DNA of 64,000 nucleotides from Oopsacas minuta (taxonomy: Eukaryota; Animalia; Porifera). Below the pieces are notes generated by a model, which saw nothing but the letters and a program-made list of their open reading frames with translations, had not been told where the DNA came from and did no database searches. Of the stretch, positions 45,931 to 56,554 are shown piece after piece (position 1 is the first letter of the stretch; each line of letters opens with the position of its first letter). The stretch is taken from NCBI GenBank assembly GCA_024704765.1, contig JAKMXF010000330.1, positions 62,001 through 126,000 of the forward strand, in the 5' to 3' direction. A program made the translations under genes and the position numbers.

Positions 45931-46339
45931 TCTAATTGCTGTACTAAGAAATGAATTTGGCGAAATTAATTTACAATAAAATTATAGGAAATGTTACGGG
46001 ATTATAGATGTTGTGCAAGAAAATAGATTGGAACAAAGGCTATGATTGGAACGACTACTAATGCATAGTATACAATAAATATTACTTATATAGCGGATTC
46101 AACTTAGTAGCTTACAACAATATAATAAGATTTAATTTACAGATAATAATCACTACTATACACTCTAGGTAATCTCAGATATATAAGTAAATTATTACTG
46201 AAATTGGATATTTTCCCTTTTGGTAATTTTACTGTAAAGTTTCGACAATCATTTTCCCACACGTTAGCTATACGATTCGATTATGAAAGGTAACTCGAAA
46301 AAAGAATTAGAAATTTTATGTGAATTATACAGTATTTTG

Positions 46340-46420
46340 CAAGGTTGCAACCGAATATCAGTATTTGGTTAGGATGCTATGCATGAATACTGATATTCTG
46401 TTCGAAAGGTTTAAACCTTG
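46340..46420 (-). mobile_element. hAT-type MITE, CAAGGTTG family, copy 4 (inverted, internally deleted)
   Basis: caaggttgcaaccgaatatcagtatt ... ggtttaaaccttg; no TSD match. Confidence 0.55.
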
Positions 46421-46707
46421 GGTTTGATACATTTGTCAGCTTGAAGTATGTTCGTATAAAGATGCTCTTCGAGTTTTCAATATACGTATAAGAATATAAA
46501 GTATCCTATTAGTATGTCCCATTTCGGGGATAGAAGGCCTGAATTGTTCTTTTCTGGAAGTGAGACCAGACTATATTATCCTAAAACTGATGATAACTTA
46601 ATTAGTATATTAACAGAAAGTTATCAACTGAAATGATATGTAAAATAATTATACAAGAAAATGGTTCATAATAATAATTAATAGCTATTAGTAAAACAGC
46701 TGTATAA

Positions 46708-48554
46708 TTATGACAACCCCAACAAGTGATAGCTAAGCTGACTCACCAATAATACAACTGGAAACCAAGCTATGAAATAGCGTAGAACGTCTAGTAGCTG
46801 TCCAAATAGAATATTCGGCTTTTGCCAACTGATGTAGAGTTAAGGAAAACAACAGAGTACATTTGAAATACACACACTAAATGTATGTATATATGACAGC
46901 CGAAAAACTGGACAATCCAGACCATAAATACAAACTCAGTTAGAGCTGATAGAGCCTGGAACCATGGTTCTCCAGTTACAGTTATTACTCAAGTTATACA
47001 ATTATGAAGTAAATTACTTATAAATGTATATATACTTATAATGGGTAGGAGGATACGGTTGTTGTAGCAGCTCAATCAGATTGACACGCTCCCGACAGAA
47101 TGGACACACGTGTTTCTTTCCAACAATACACCACCCTCGGATACAAAAGTCATGAAATCTATGAAAAGATAACGTTTTAATTAATAATCAACCACCAAAA
47201 GTAACCAAAAATCCTATTAACTTACTTATGTCCACAAGAGAGCCGTAATATAGTCTCAGCAAATGTATTTGAGAGATGAGGAGAAGGAATTAAAGACTGA
47301 TTACAGACATAGCACTGTAGATCATCGATAACATTGTCTTCAGATTCTGAACACTCCTTCGAGAACTTAGAAGAAATATTTCATAAAAATATTAAAAGTA
47401 TTGGTTCCTCAGATTTCGATGGTCTCTTAGAATACTCAGTATGTAAGTCAACGAGAGTATACTGCACTGCGATGATCATATTATTTCGTTTAGATCTTAT
47501 CCGTGTTCTTATTAGTATTGTCACTACTGTGAGAACATTTATACCTTAGATAATGGATAATGAGTTAATAACTTTCTATTACAATACTCGATTGTTGGTA
47601 TGTATATGTTTGCTGTTTATTGTCAATTAATGATGGTATTGCAATTAATATTAGCACGGACGTGATATAAGTGAGGTACAAGTACCTTAAATGTAGCAGA
47701 CATGTTATCAACACAGTATTCAGCAAGATCTCTACCTAACAGACCGTAATATAGTCCATAGAATATCAGCAATACTCCAGTCTCAGTAATAACGTCTAAA
47801 TAATTCTTATTCAAAGTAGGAGCTACCAAGAATAGCATTAGTATTATGGCATAGCCCAGAACACCGAGTGTAAGTGTAGCATGATGTACCAGTAAGAACC
47901 ATCTGTATACTAGCCTTGCTTTGGGATAGAAACATGTAGAATTATCTTATAAGTATAAGCATATATGTAGACTACTACCTTGGAGTTGTAGGTTGCAGAG
48001 GTTTGGTATAAGCTCTACTGAGAATATATATAGAGATAATAGAGAAAATACTCCAGCAGATAAACATTCTCCATAGCAATAACTTAATGCAGTAGTAGAG
48101 AGGAATAAGCCATATGAATAGTAATGTAGTTGCCTAAATATAACAATAATGGGAATTTTTAACTCGCAAAAAGTCACCCAAATATTTACTGACCTGGTAA
48201 GATCGGGAATGCCTTGCTCTCCAACAAACTAGAATAAACTGACCACAAAATATAGACAACAGGAATATTAGCACCATAGTAAAATGCATTTCTTCATGTC
48301 CTTCATGTTCTTTAATGTAATCTTCATGGAATTGAATAGCTGACTTCCTAAAATAATTAGGTGATACAACTACCGAGTAGTTAAGTGAGGTAACGAATTT
48401 TAATAACCAATAGTTAATTATACAGTGGTTATCGCTTATAAGAACACCCTTGCGAGTAGCGATATATGTTCTTAACCAATGTTCTTATAAGGGATACCCA
48501 TTCTAGTTAATACCTATGCTCTACGTCTGCTACTGATAGGTCTTCCACTTCCAT
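46708..48554 (-). CDS. RNF121: RING finger protein 121/175 family (multi-pass E3 ligase), 7 exons, 313 aa
   Basis: Exons 48554-48514, 48347-48194, 48133-47979, 47914-47686, 47365-47226, 47158-47057 and 46828-46708 (942 nt, phases consistent). Peptides [85 protein letters not shown].P. Confidence 0.92.
46829..47056 (-). other. U12-type (minor spliceosome) GT-AG intron, 228 bp
   Basis: 5' site CC|GTATCCTCC (consensus RTATCCTTT); branch site TTTTCCTTAAC (46849-46839) ending 10 nt before the exon; no polypyrimidine tract between branch site and CAG. Confidence 0.85.
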
Positions 48555-48950
48555 GGGTATATTCAGTCTACGTTTGAGTGACGTAATCTAGCTTGAATAT
48601 TGGAAAATATAAGGAAACATAACATAATCAGGTACTAGTCTGTTGATTTTACACTAGTTTTCTAGCATATGCTTAATCTAGGCCCTAAGGATTAGGAAAC
48701 CAAGGTGCGCCCAATAACTACATGATTGATTTCTGGATGAAACGATAATAGCCACTCTCCAAATAGAACCAAACCAGGTTGCCCTGAACAAAGAATAGTG
48801 CACATAATAAATATCATCCAATGTAGAAATTATCAAAGTTATGAAAATAGTTAGAAACGTAATGATAAACTTGTTTCAGCTCCACATGAATTCTATTTGA
48901 GGATTGGAGTGGTCTGACTGCATTACAAATTTACAATCGTTATTTCAATA

Positions 48951-49086
48951 CAAGGCCGGCGGAACCGGTCAGACAGGTCATGCAATTGTCTGACCACTCT
49001 TTGGCTTGCCCTGCACATTTGTATGGGGCAGCCATGAACACTTAGTATCTTTTCCTGACCACATTAATTTGCTTCCGCCGAGCCTG
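48951..49086. mobile_element. MITE related to the cagggccg family
   Basis: caaggccggcggaacc ... gcttccgccgagcctg; 5-bp direct flanks caata / caata; internal ggtcagac/gtctgacc. Confidence 0.6.
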
Positions 49087-49364
49087 CAATACTTTATGAT
49101 GTTGTGTTCTGGTACATGTGGTCCCGGACTGAATATACAGGGAGGCCATATGCATCAGAACAGTTGCAATAAAGAAAATATTACAATGATCCTAAATCTG
49201 AAATAACGTATTAGTATAATGAAATCAAGACCTTATTCCGTAAAGTGAAGTAGTGGTGGAACTGAAACAAGATTCAACTAACAGTAGCTTAGTATCCAAA
49301 TAAGTGAAAAATACATAAAAAATAAAAGTTTATATAAATGTATATTATAAGTAGTGATTAGTGA

Positions 49365-51875
49365 TTAAGTGTTCGCTTGTCTAGCTAGTTTCGGTTTAGT
49401 TCCAGGAGAGAGAGCAGCCTGAGCTTTCCGATCCTTAAGGTACTTCTGAGAGAGAGCAGAGAGGAAGTGTTTGTTACCCTGTATGTAGAAACTCCTGTCT
49501 ACTGCTAACAGTAACACTTGTTTACGTAGTTGAACAATTTCATCATTTTTCTTTTTAAGAGTCGCAAAATATAACAATAAAATACCGCATGCGACAACAG
49601 TAAGAGGCCCAGTAGCGGGGGAATCCCAGAATTTTCTATCAACTAAAGACAGTCTGTCAAAACAATCTGTAAGGTCAGCACAGTTACTTCTAGGAACTAC
49701 AAATGATAAACTCTCACTCACCCACTTCAAATGAATATCTTTATAGAATTCATAATAGTAATTAGTACCACTGAATGGTCCGCAGTTAGTACTAGGGACG
49801 AACTGGAAAAGAGGAACATTGAGAGCTATCATGATTAAGAAAAACGTGCAAAATATTATGAGGTAGTAGATTAGATTGGATCTAGCTGTCCTAGGGTGTT
49901 TGGGAGAAATTCTACAATTCCAGAATGTGAATATAAACATAGAGAAATAGAGCAATACAAACCCAAAGAATCCAATAATGTGCTGGTAGGGACAGAACAG
50001 CATACCGCTCCATACAAGACTCTGTATGTATATAACTTTAATGACATGTTTAGGAAGATGGAAATGTGTGTTGAAGAATCCTTTAATCCACCCAATAATG
50101 ACAGCTGGTACAACACTAGATATAGAACATCGCTTAATTAATTGAAACACTCCTATACGTATTAAGTTCTGTAGAGTTATGATGACAGAACGAATGAAGA
50201 TAGAAGATATGAATTGAGCAATCAGGTATTCATGAAATATCTTAGCTACTTCAGTTTCCCAACAACCGGAAGCAAGACAGCTGACTGGTCCTGAGTTAGA
50301 CCCTGAAAAACATAGAGGGAATGGAAGACTTGAAAATCCCTCACATCTGGATAAGAAGTACACATAGACAACAACAATATAAATAGAAATAAGTGAGATT
50401 ACTCTCATTAGGAGATGTTTTATGATAAGGGATACCATTCCTTTCCTCTGGGTGTCATAGAACTCTAATGCAGTCAACCAAGAGAAGATGAGTTCTAAGA
50501 AACTATGCCACAGAGACGGTATGAAACTGTATATAAATATCTTGTCAGTACAGACACGTTGTAAAGCAGTAATCACGATAAGAGAAGATCCTAGTGTTAA
50601 CAGAGTTAGTGTTATCATCCACACGAATACCCTCCACGTCCATAAGCAACACACATAGATTACATGTTTATTCCTACTGCTACATCTGGGAAATAGTCTA
50701 TCCACTAAACTGTACAAAAATAATCTCTGTGTGTGATGTCTAGGAGAACACTCCCATACAGTCTCTCTTAGCACAATTCTGAGTCTATTGTGTTCTGACT
50801 TAACAGAAAATGAGTTAGTGAGGGTGTATGTCCATCCTCCGAATACGAGATTAGCTATATACGAGGATATGTGACGGACAGAATTAAGTATTGAGTAAGT
50901 ATCAATATAGGCTTGTCCAAGGAAATAGGAAATGTAGAGTAGAATAGAGAAGGTAGATATAAAGAATGTGTAGAAGTAAGCAGACTTGTAATCCCATCTA
51001 GGATTAAGCCTATAGAAACCAAGATAGAGAGATGTATTATCCAAACCTCTGCCAGTAAGTAATGAGTCATAACCAAAACTAGGAATAGGACTGCTGTATA
51101 CCGGCATAAGGCAAGTCAAAACTTGAGGATCATTCCCAGTGGAATTGAGAATTATTGGAGGACATGGTAGCACTGCTGGTAGCCATATGAATACACTAAG
51201 GAGTCCAATGAATAGATTAAGAAGAATCAATCTTTTTACTAGAACAAAGTAAGATACAGCTGAGGAACCGAACCGAGATTCTATCAAATACTCTATCCGG
51301 TGAATTGGTGCAGAAATTATTCTACGCCAAATTTTGATTTTATTCCAAATAATTTTCCATTTTCTCCTTTTAGTACAATCTATAACCTCAGCCATCTTAG
51401 CTACCTGAGGACACTTCCTATAGCGAGATACTCCATTGAATGAACTCCTTCTAGGATATTGAGTAGCGTTAATCTTATCCTGAATACTCTGATTTATCTG
51501 AGATAAGAATGCATTCACATTGATTACCTTTTGTGCAGCTTTCTTAAAGGTTAGTTTAACTGGATCAGGTCCCTCTGTTTCATCTCTATTTTTCTCTATC
51601 TCATTCAGAAAGGCATCTTGCTGTAACTGTGCTTCCAATTGTTTGTCATCTGATAAACGCAGCAAAACCTTCTTGTAATCCTCAATGCTTTGTCCTTGAT
51701 CAAACCAACCAAACTGACTAGGAGCTTGATTCACCAGGAATTTCATGGAAGCATCATCATATTCAGGGAGAGTATGATACCGCACTAGTTTAGCTGCTTT
51801 AGCACATCTAGATTCGTAGCTGCTAGCTCTGACGGGAGGTGGAGTTCTGGATACAGGATTATCAGGTTCTGCCAT
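49365..51875 (-). CDS. TMC: Transmembrane channel-like (TMC) protein
   Basis: IESRFGSSAVSYFVL.K.LILLNL, GCWETEVAK (CWET motif), YIQSLVWSGMLFCP, PSTNCGPFSG; about 10 hydrophobic segments. Intronless. Confidence 0.9.
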   Translation of the reverse strand: MAEPDNPVSRTPPPVRASSYESRCAKAAKLVRYHTLPEYDDASMKFLVNQAPSQFGWFDQGQSIEDYKKVLLRLSDDKQLEAQLQQDAFLNEIEKNRDETEGPDPVKLTFKKAAQKVINVNAFLSQINQSIQDKINATQYPRRSSFNGVSRYRKCPQVAKMAEVIDCTKRRKWKIIWNKIKIWRRIISAPIHRIEYLIESRFGSSAVSYFVLVKRLILLNLFIGLLSVFIWLPAVLPCPPIILNSTGNDPQVLTCLMPVYSSPIPSFGYDSLLTGRGLDNTSLYLGFYRLNPRWDYKSAYFYTFFISTFSILLYISYFLGQAYIDTYSILNSVRHISSYIANLVFGGWTYTLTNSFSVKSEHNRLRIVLRETVWECSPRHHTQRLFLYSLVDRLFPRCSSRNKHVIYVCCLWTWRVFVWMITLTLLTLGSSLIVITALQRVCTDKIFIYSFIPSLWHSFLELIFSWLTALEFYDTQRKGMVSLIIKHLLMRVISLISIYIVVVYVYFLSRCEGFSSLPFPLCFSGSNSGPVSCLASGCWETEVAKIFHEYLIAQFISSIFIRSVIITLQNLIRIGVFQLIKRCSISSVVPAVIIGWIKGFFNTHFHLPKHVIKVIYIQSLVWSGMLFCPYQHIIGFFGFVLLYFSMFIFTFWNCRISPKHPRTARSNLIYYLIIFCTFFLIMIALNVPLFQFVPSTNCGPFSGTNYYYEFYKDIHLKWVSESLSFVVPRSNCADLTDCFDRLSLVDRKFWDSPATGPLTVVACGILLLYFATLKKKNDEIVQLRKQVLLLAVDRSFYIQGNKHFLSALSQKYLKDRKAQAALSPGTKPKLARQANT

Positions 51876-52380
51876 CTTATAAGAATGTCATTACATTGAG
51901 ATAGAGAGAGAGAGAGAGCTAGATAAATAAACCTATTAATTACTTTCCCCCCTAATAAATGCTTACAAATTCCAATTATTCAGTAGGCCATGCTTATATC
52001 AATTTAAAAGTTCAATGAAATGTATTTGCTCCCTAATCATATCCGAATAGTGAACTATTCGACCACAGACTGAAAAACAATAACCACTTATTGCGATGAT
52101 AAATATTTATCCTTTCCATCGCTGTTAATTTAAAATCAAAGCTTACATATATTTCTTATAGAGCTAGTTATCAATTAATTATTTAATGCTACAAGATTAC
52201 TAGATTGGCATACGAATATACGCAGGACAACTCATGCCACATGTATATATACAAAATAGTATTAACTAATCAGCTGATCTCGTACCACTATACATTGCTG
52301 TGTAAGTGTAGAGATCTTCATTGACTTGTAGCTAGCTTTAGATACCAATAGTAATATCTGTGTATCCAGTATAACAGCTG

Positions 52381-54104
52381 TTAACTAGAGGCGGGTTGGT
52401 CTTGTGAGAATATCTTGGTACCATCCATTAGAAGCTGAGAGAATGTTTGTACGTTTGCAATCCCACGTACCTCATAGTCCATGAGTGGTACTTCAATAAT
52501 GTTGTAATCCTCGTAGAGGTCATGAACCTGCTCCAAATACTTATGTTGTATTTTGTAACGAGAGGAACACTTAGAACATATGTGATTACCCGAGCTATCT
52601 TTCAATGGTACCAATAACTGATTGACTATAATGTGCTGTACTCCCATCTTATTTCTAGTCAATGCTTGTATTAGTCTTTCTGTCTCGTAGACGGAGAGAA
52701 ATTCTGCTATGCACACACATACAAATGTAGTCTTCGTCTTGTCTTTAAACTCTTCGTTTATCTTCTCTATTATAGGCATGTTTTCATTAAGTTTAGATTG
52801 CAAGTCACCTTGAGAGAAGCCTAGACTAGGGAGGACATGCTGCATTATCATACCTACTCCACCCTTACTCATACCGTTCTGTATACTCTGAGGGATTGAT
52901 AGGAAGCGGAGGGTGTGTCCTGTGGGAGCTGTGTCAAATACAACCACAGAAAAGTTCAAATCAGTAACTAGTTTCATTATTTCAGCAAAAGCCATTGCTT
53001 CATCAAGTCCCGGGAGAGAGCCGACAAACTCTTTAAACATAGACTTTACTGCCTAAACGTAATTACAGTAATTTGTGAATATTATATGGATACAAATCTA
53101 ACAACATACTTTAAATATACCAGTCTGTCCACCAGCACCACCCATTGAAGTGAATTCCTGCTCAAATTCATCATAGTTTATATTGGTTGATATTTCCATA
53201 GCAAATAGGTTAGAAGTTCCTCCAACTCTGGTAGGTTCTGATCCGATCTTCTGGTCGAAAGCGTCAGAGAGATTGTGAGCTGGATCAGATGAAATCAGCA
53301 GGACATTTTCGCGGAACTAAACGAGGAGATATAGAATTTAATTAGAATGTATAAAGATATATTTCAAAAAAATAACTATAGAATGCTAGAATCACACAAA
53401 CCATGGACACATAGTATCCATGTTAGTTTCACACTAGTATTTTGATAGAATATCTACCACAAGGTGCCCAATTGCCACCTTGTTACGTAACCGGCAATCC
53501 TGTTACGTCATGCTAGAATCACACTAACCATGGACATTTCTTATCTACGACTTCTATACTGGTTTCACAAACAACTAAATTAAAATAAATTGCTAGATAT
53601 TTGTATTAATTGGGTTAATCGGGTAGTATGAACAAATTTGTAATACGTGGTCCCGAAAAAAGGCTCTCAGTGATTATTCTAGGATATTAAAAGGTACTGA
53701 ATCTCCAACTACTAGGGCACTAGAGTGAGTATATTGGTTCCAATGACCAACCCCATGAGATTTCTTTCCTGCAAAACATACTCTTTTATTTGTCAATGCA
53801 ATAAAGTGATGATTAACTGATGGTTAGGATCAGGATGGTAAATATTCTATCAAAATACTAGTGCGTGAAACTACCATAGATCCTATGTCTTCATGGTTTG
53901 TGTGAACCTAGCACGCGCGTGATTCTGGCATACAACAGAAGTTACCTTAGTTAGCAAAAGCGCTAGAGCACAGCTACAGGTGGTCTTACCTACTCCTCCC
54001 TTCCCGCCTACAAATATCCACTTGTAGTTTTGAGTAAACAGCTGATGGATATTTGAAGCTAAGTCGAAGAATTCATCTTCTCCGTCTGGGTTAGCAGTTG
54101 CCAT
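52381..54104 (-). CDS. GET3: ATPase GET3/ASNA1/TRC40, 3 exons, about 345 aa
   Basis: Exons 54104-53946, 53316-53110 and 53052-52381. [75 protein letters not shown]. The exon 2/3 junction has one alternative donor/acceptor pair. Confidence 0.96.
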
Positions 54105-54345
54105 GTGGCGAAATGTTTGATAACAAGAAGCTATAAATTAATACAATGAGATATGTTACATACGTTAAAATTCCTAAAGTTAGACAATATAGAATGTATT
54201 TAAGAACGTACAATCTCTAAATTTTTGTATATGTCCCTGATATAATATTAATTATCACATATTAATGTGAAAACTTAGACTAGGGTATTACAACATTTCT
54301 CCAGTACACGAGCCATGCACCTCAGCATATCAGAAATTTCTCTTA

Positions 54346-54492
54346 AGGCTATGTAATGTAATGTAATTGTTTCTTATCCCGCCCGCACCAAATTTTGTCT
54401 CCCGTCCGGAAAGATTTTATTTGTATTTTTTCCAAATTTATGGATAATTCTTTGGTCAGAGTGTGTAATCACATTTTACCAGTTGTATAGTT
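54346..54492 (-). repeat. Inverted copy of the 42101-42252 interspersed repeat
   Basis: cccgcccgcaccaaattttgtctcccgtccggaaagat is the approximate reverse complement of the 42181-42220 core. Confidence 0.75.
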
Positions 54493-55115
54493 TAATATTT
54501 CGTTTCTAACAAGTTGTGTGCTAGAATTGTGCAATAATGGTAATCATTTCAATAATATTTGTAAAATCAAAATGGTGAGGGGATAATATAGAGAGTGAGT
54601 CATGTATTGTTTAGTTTCTAATATTGTAATTAAATTGATATTTCTTATGTAATTCAAATTACTTTCTTGCAATATAATAAATCCCCAGTCTATTATCATT
54701 TCCTCAGTATCGGATTACCGCACGTGCGGAGTGTGCAATCGCACAAGCCCGGACTGATTGGGAGCCATTTGGCCCCCAATCAGTTTATATTTGGCTCGGT
54801 CGTGACTCAAAGCATCGACTTCCAATAAATTTTTGTCCCTTATTACACTACTATGAGATTCATTCTTAATTAGTGTGGTTGTTATTTCGTCTTCGAACTG
54901 GTTAATGAATGGATTAAGTGAAAGTGTGAAGCTACAAAAGAATTGTTTATTCATAACAGTGAAACTAAATTTCCAAATACTAAATCTAACTTCTCAAATA
55001 TTTATATACATAAATCATTAAGACGATGGTATATTATATTTGTACTTTAATCCGGCCCCTGCCTTTCATCGAGGATGTCACACTGTAATCAATTTTTTCA
55101 AATATTGCAGGGGGT

Positions 55116-55734
55116 ATCTGTATATTTTGATAGAATTTTTTGTAGAACTTTGATCAAAATTTCTTGTGTCCCTGAACTTTGATCGAATGATGAAAAAGGC
55201 AAATTTTGATCAAAGTTCTACTAAAATGTCTTCAGTCGAACTTTGGCCGAAAAATTTTCGTGCTCCACGACACCACAATATTCAGGGTGGCACCCCCTGA
55301 CCCCCATGTAATGCCACAATGCACCGGACTCGACTGATTTCAATCTAGGACGTGCTAGCACTTTATATTTTATTAATTAGAAAGAGTACCATTGGGAGGG
55401 GATTAGGGATTTATTTCGCTACCTCTTTGCTCTGGGAGTATTTATTTGTGTTCGTTATTCAGCTACTAAAGGACGGGAGTGTGGAATTTATGCTAATTTT
55501 ATGATTGGATGGAGTTTTGTTGGATTGATTATTATAAATCTTTGTAAAATGGTGGATCGTTGGATTTTTTTGTTTTATTTCTCCATTTTCTATCAAAGTT
55601 CTCACTTTTCGATAAGATTCTACAATTTTTTGATCAAAGTTCGACTGGAGACATTTTGGTAGAACTTTGATCAAAATTTGTCTTTTTCATCATTCGATCA
55701 AAGTTCTACAAAAATTCTATCAAAATATACAGAT
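55116..55734. mobile_element. Foldback-like element with long (about 110-140 bp) inverted repeats built from gaactttgatcaaa modules
   Basis: 55116-55257 is the reverse complement of about 55625-55734, with one extra module on the left; no clear TSD. Confidence 0.6.
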
Positions 55735-55836
55735 TCGTATAAATATGTGATTTTGTAATTTGTTTAGAAAACAATGGCTATGTAATTCTCCTCTAATTAG
55801 TAATTACATAAATTCTATTTTACAAGAGTTCTAGAT

Positions 55837-56052
55837 TAGGGTTTCTCAAACTATGGTCATATGACCAAACTGGACCACTCTGTGGTCATAGAGATTTTTA
55901 TATTAATTTATAGTTCAAGCTCCATGACCAGTTTGACCAAACTTGACTAAACGTGGCTAAATATGACCAAATATGTCCACCTGGGTGGTGTGGTCATGAC
56001 ACAAAACTCCAAAAAAGTGTGGCAATAACCCATGAGAGTTTGAGAAACCCTG
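55837..56052. mobile_element. hAT Charlie/Buster-like MITE
   Basis: TIRs tagggtttctcaaact / agtttgagaaaccctg; flanks ttctagat / tt-tagat (nnnTAnnn-like); internal tgacca repeats. Confidence 0.7.
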
Positions 56053-56554
56053 TTTAGATGAATCCTTCTTTCTGTAGATTATTTGTATACATTTGTCAAC
56101 GACAGATTCACGAGGGATGAACATTGGGCAAAAAAGGAGATAAATGGCAAATGAATAGAAAGACTGGTAGCCATATCAAAAGGATATCTCACACTGCATA
56201 TGATACATCATATAACATAAATAATATGTATTCTAATTATATTTCCAGAATATGGGAAACTATTCGAATACGCATTTGTTATTAATACTCTGATATATAT
56301 TGAATAATTAGTACTATAAATATCTTGGAATGATTTCATAATTAATTCATTGAATACGTAAGAAAAGATTGTGAAATAGAAAGAATAAAACGATACGATA
56401 TTTTAACTTTGGGATTAACTATAGAGAGCAGAAAATCAATGAAGTTAGCTGTATTGTAGAGCATTTGCTGTATCGGTGTAGAAGTGTATCCTCTTAATGG
56501 TAACCTAGTCGGTTAATTGGAATGTCTCATGCAGTGCTGCAATCTGATATCGAA

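Noticed and set aside
46480-46600. Possible extra last exon of RNF121 after gtgagt at about 46745
   Set aside because: Reading through gives PVVLLVSQLSYHLLGLS*, which matches the family C-terminus, so no further intron is needed.
55459-55674. 71-aa ORF as a transposase remnant
   Set aside because: It largely translates the inverted-repeat arm and has no DDE or DNA-binding motif.
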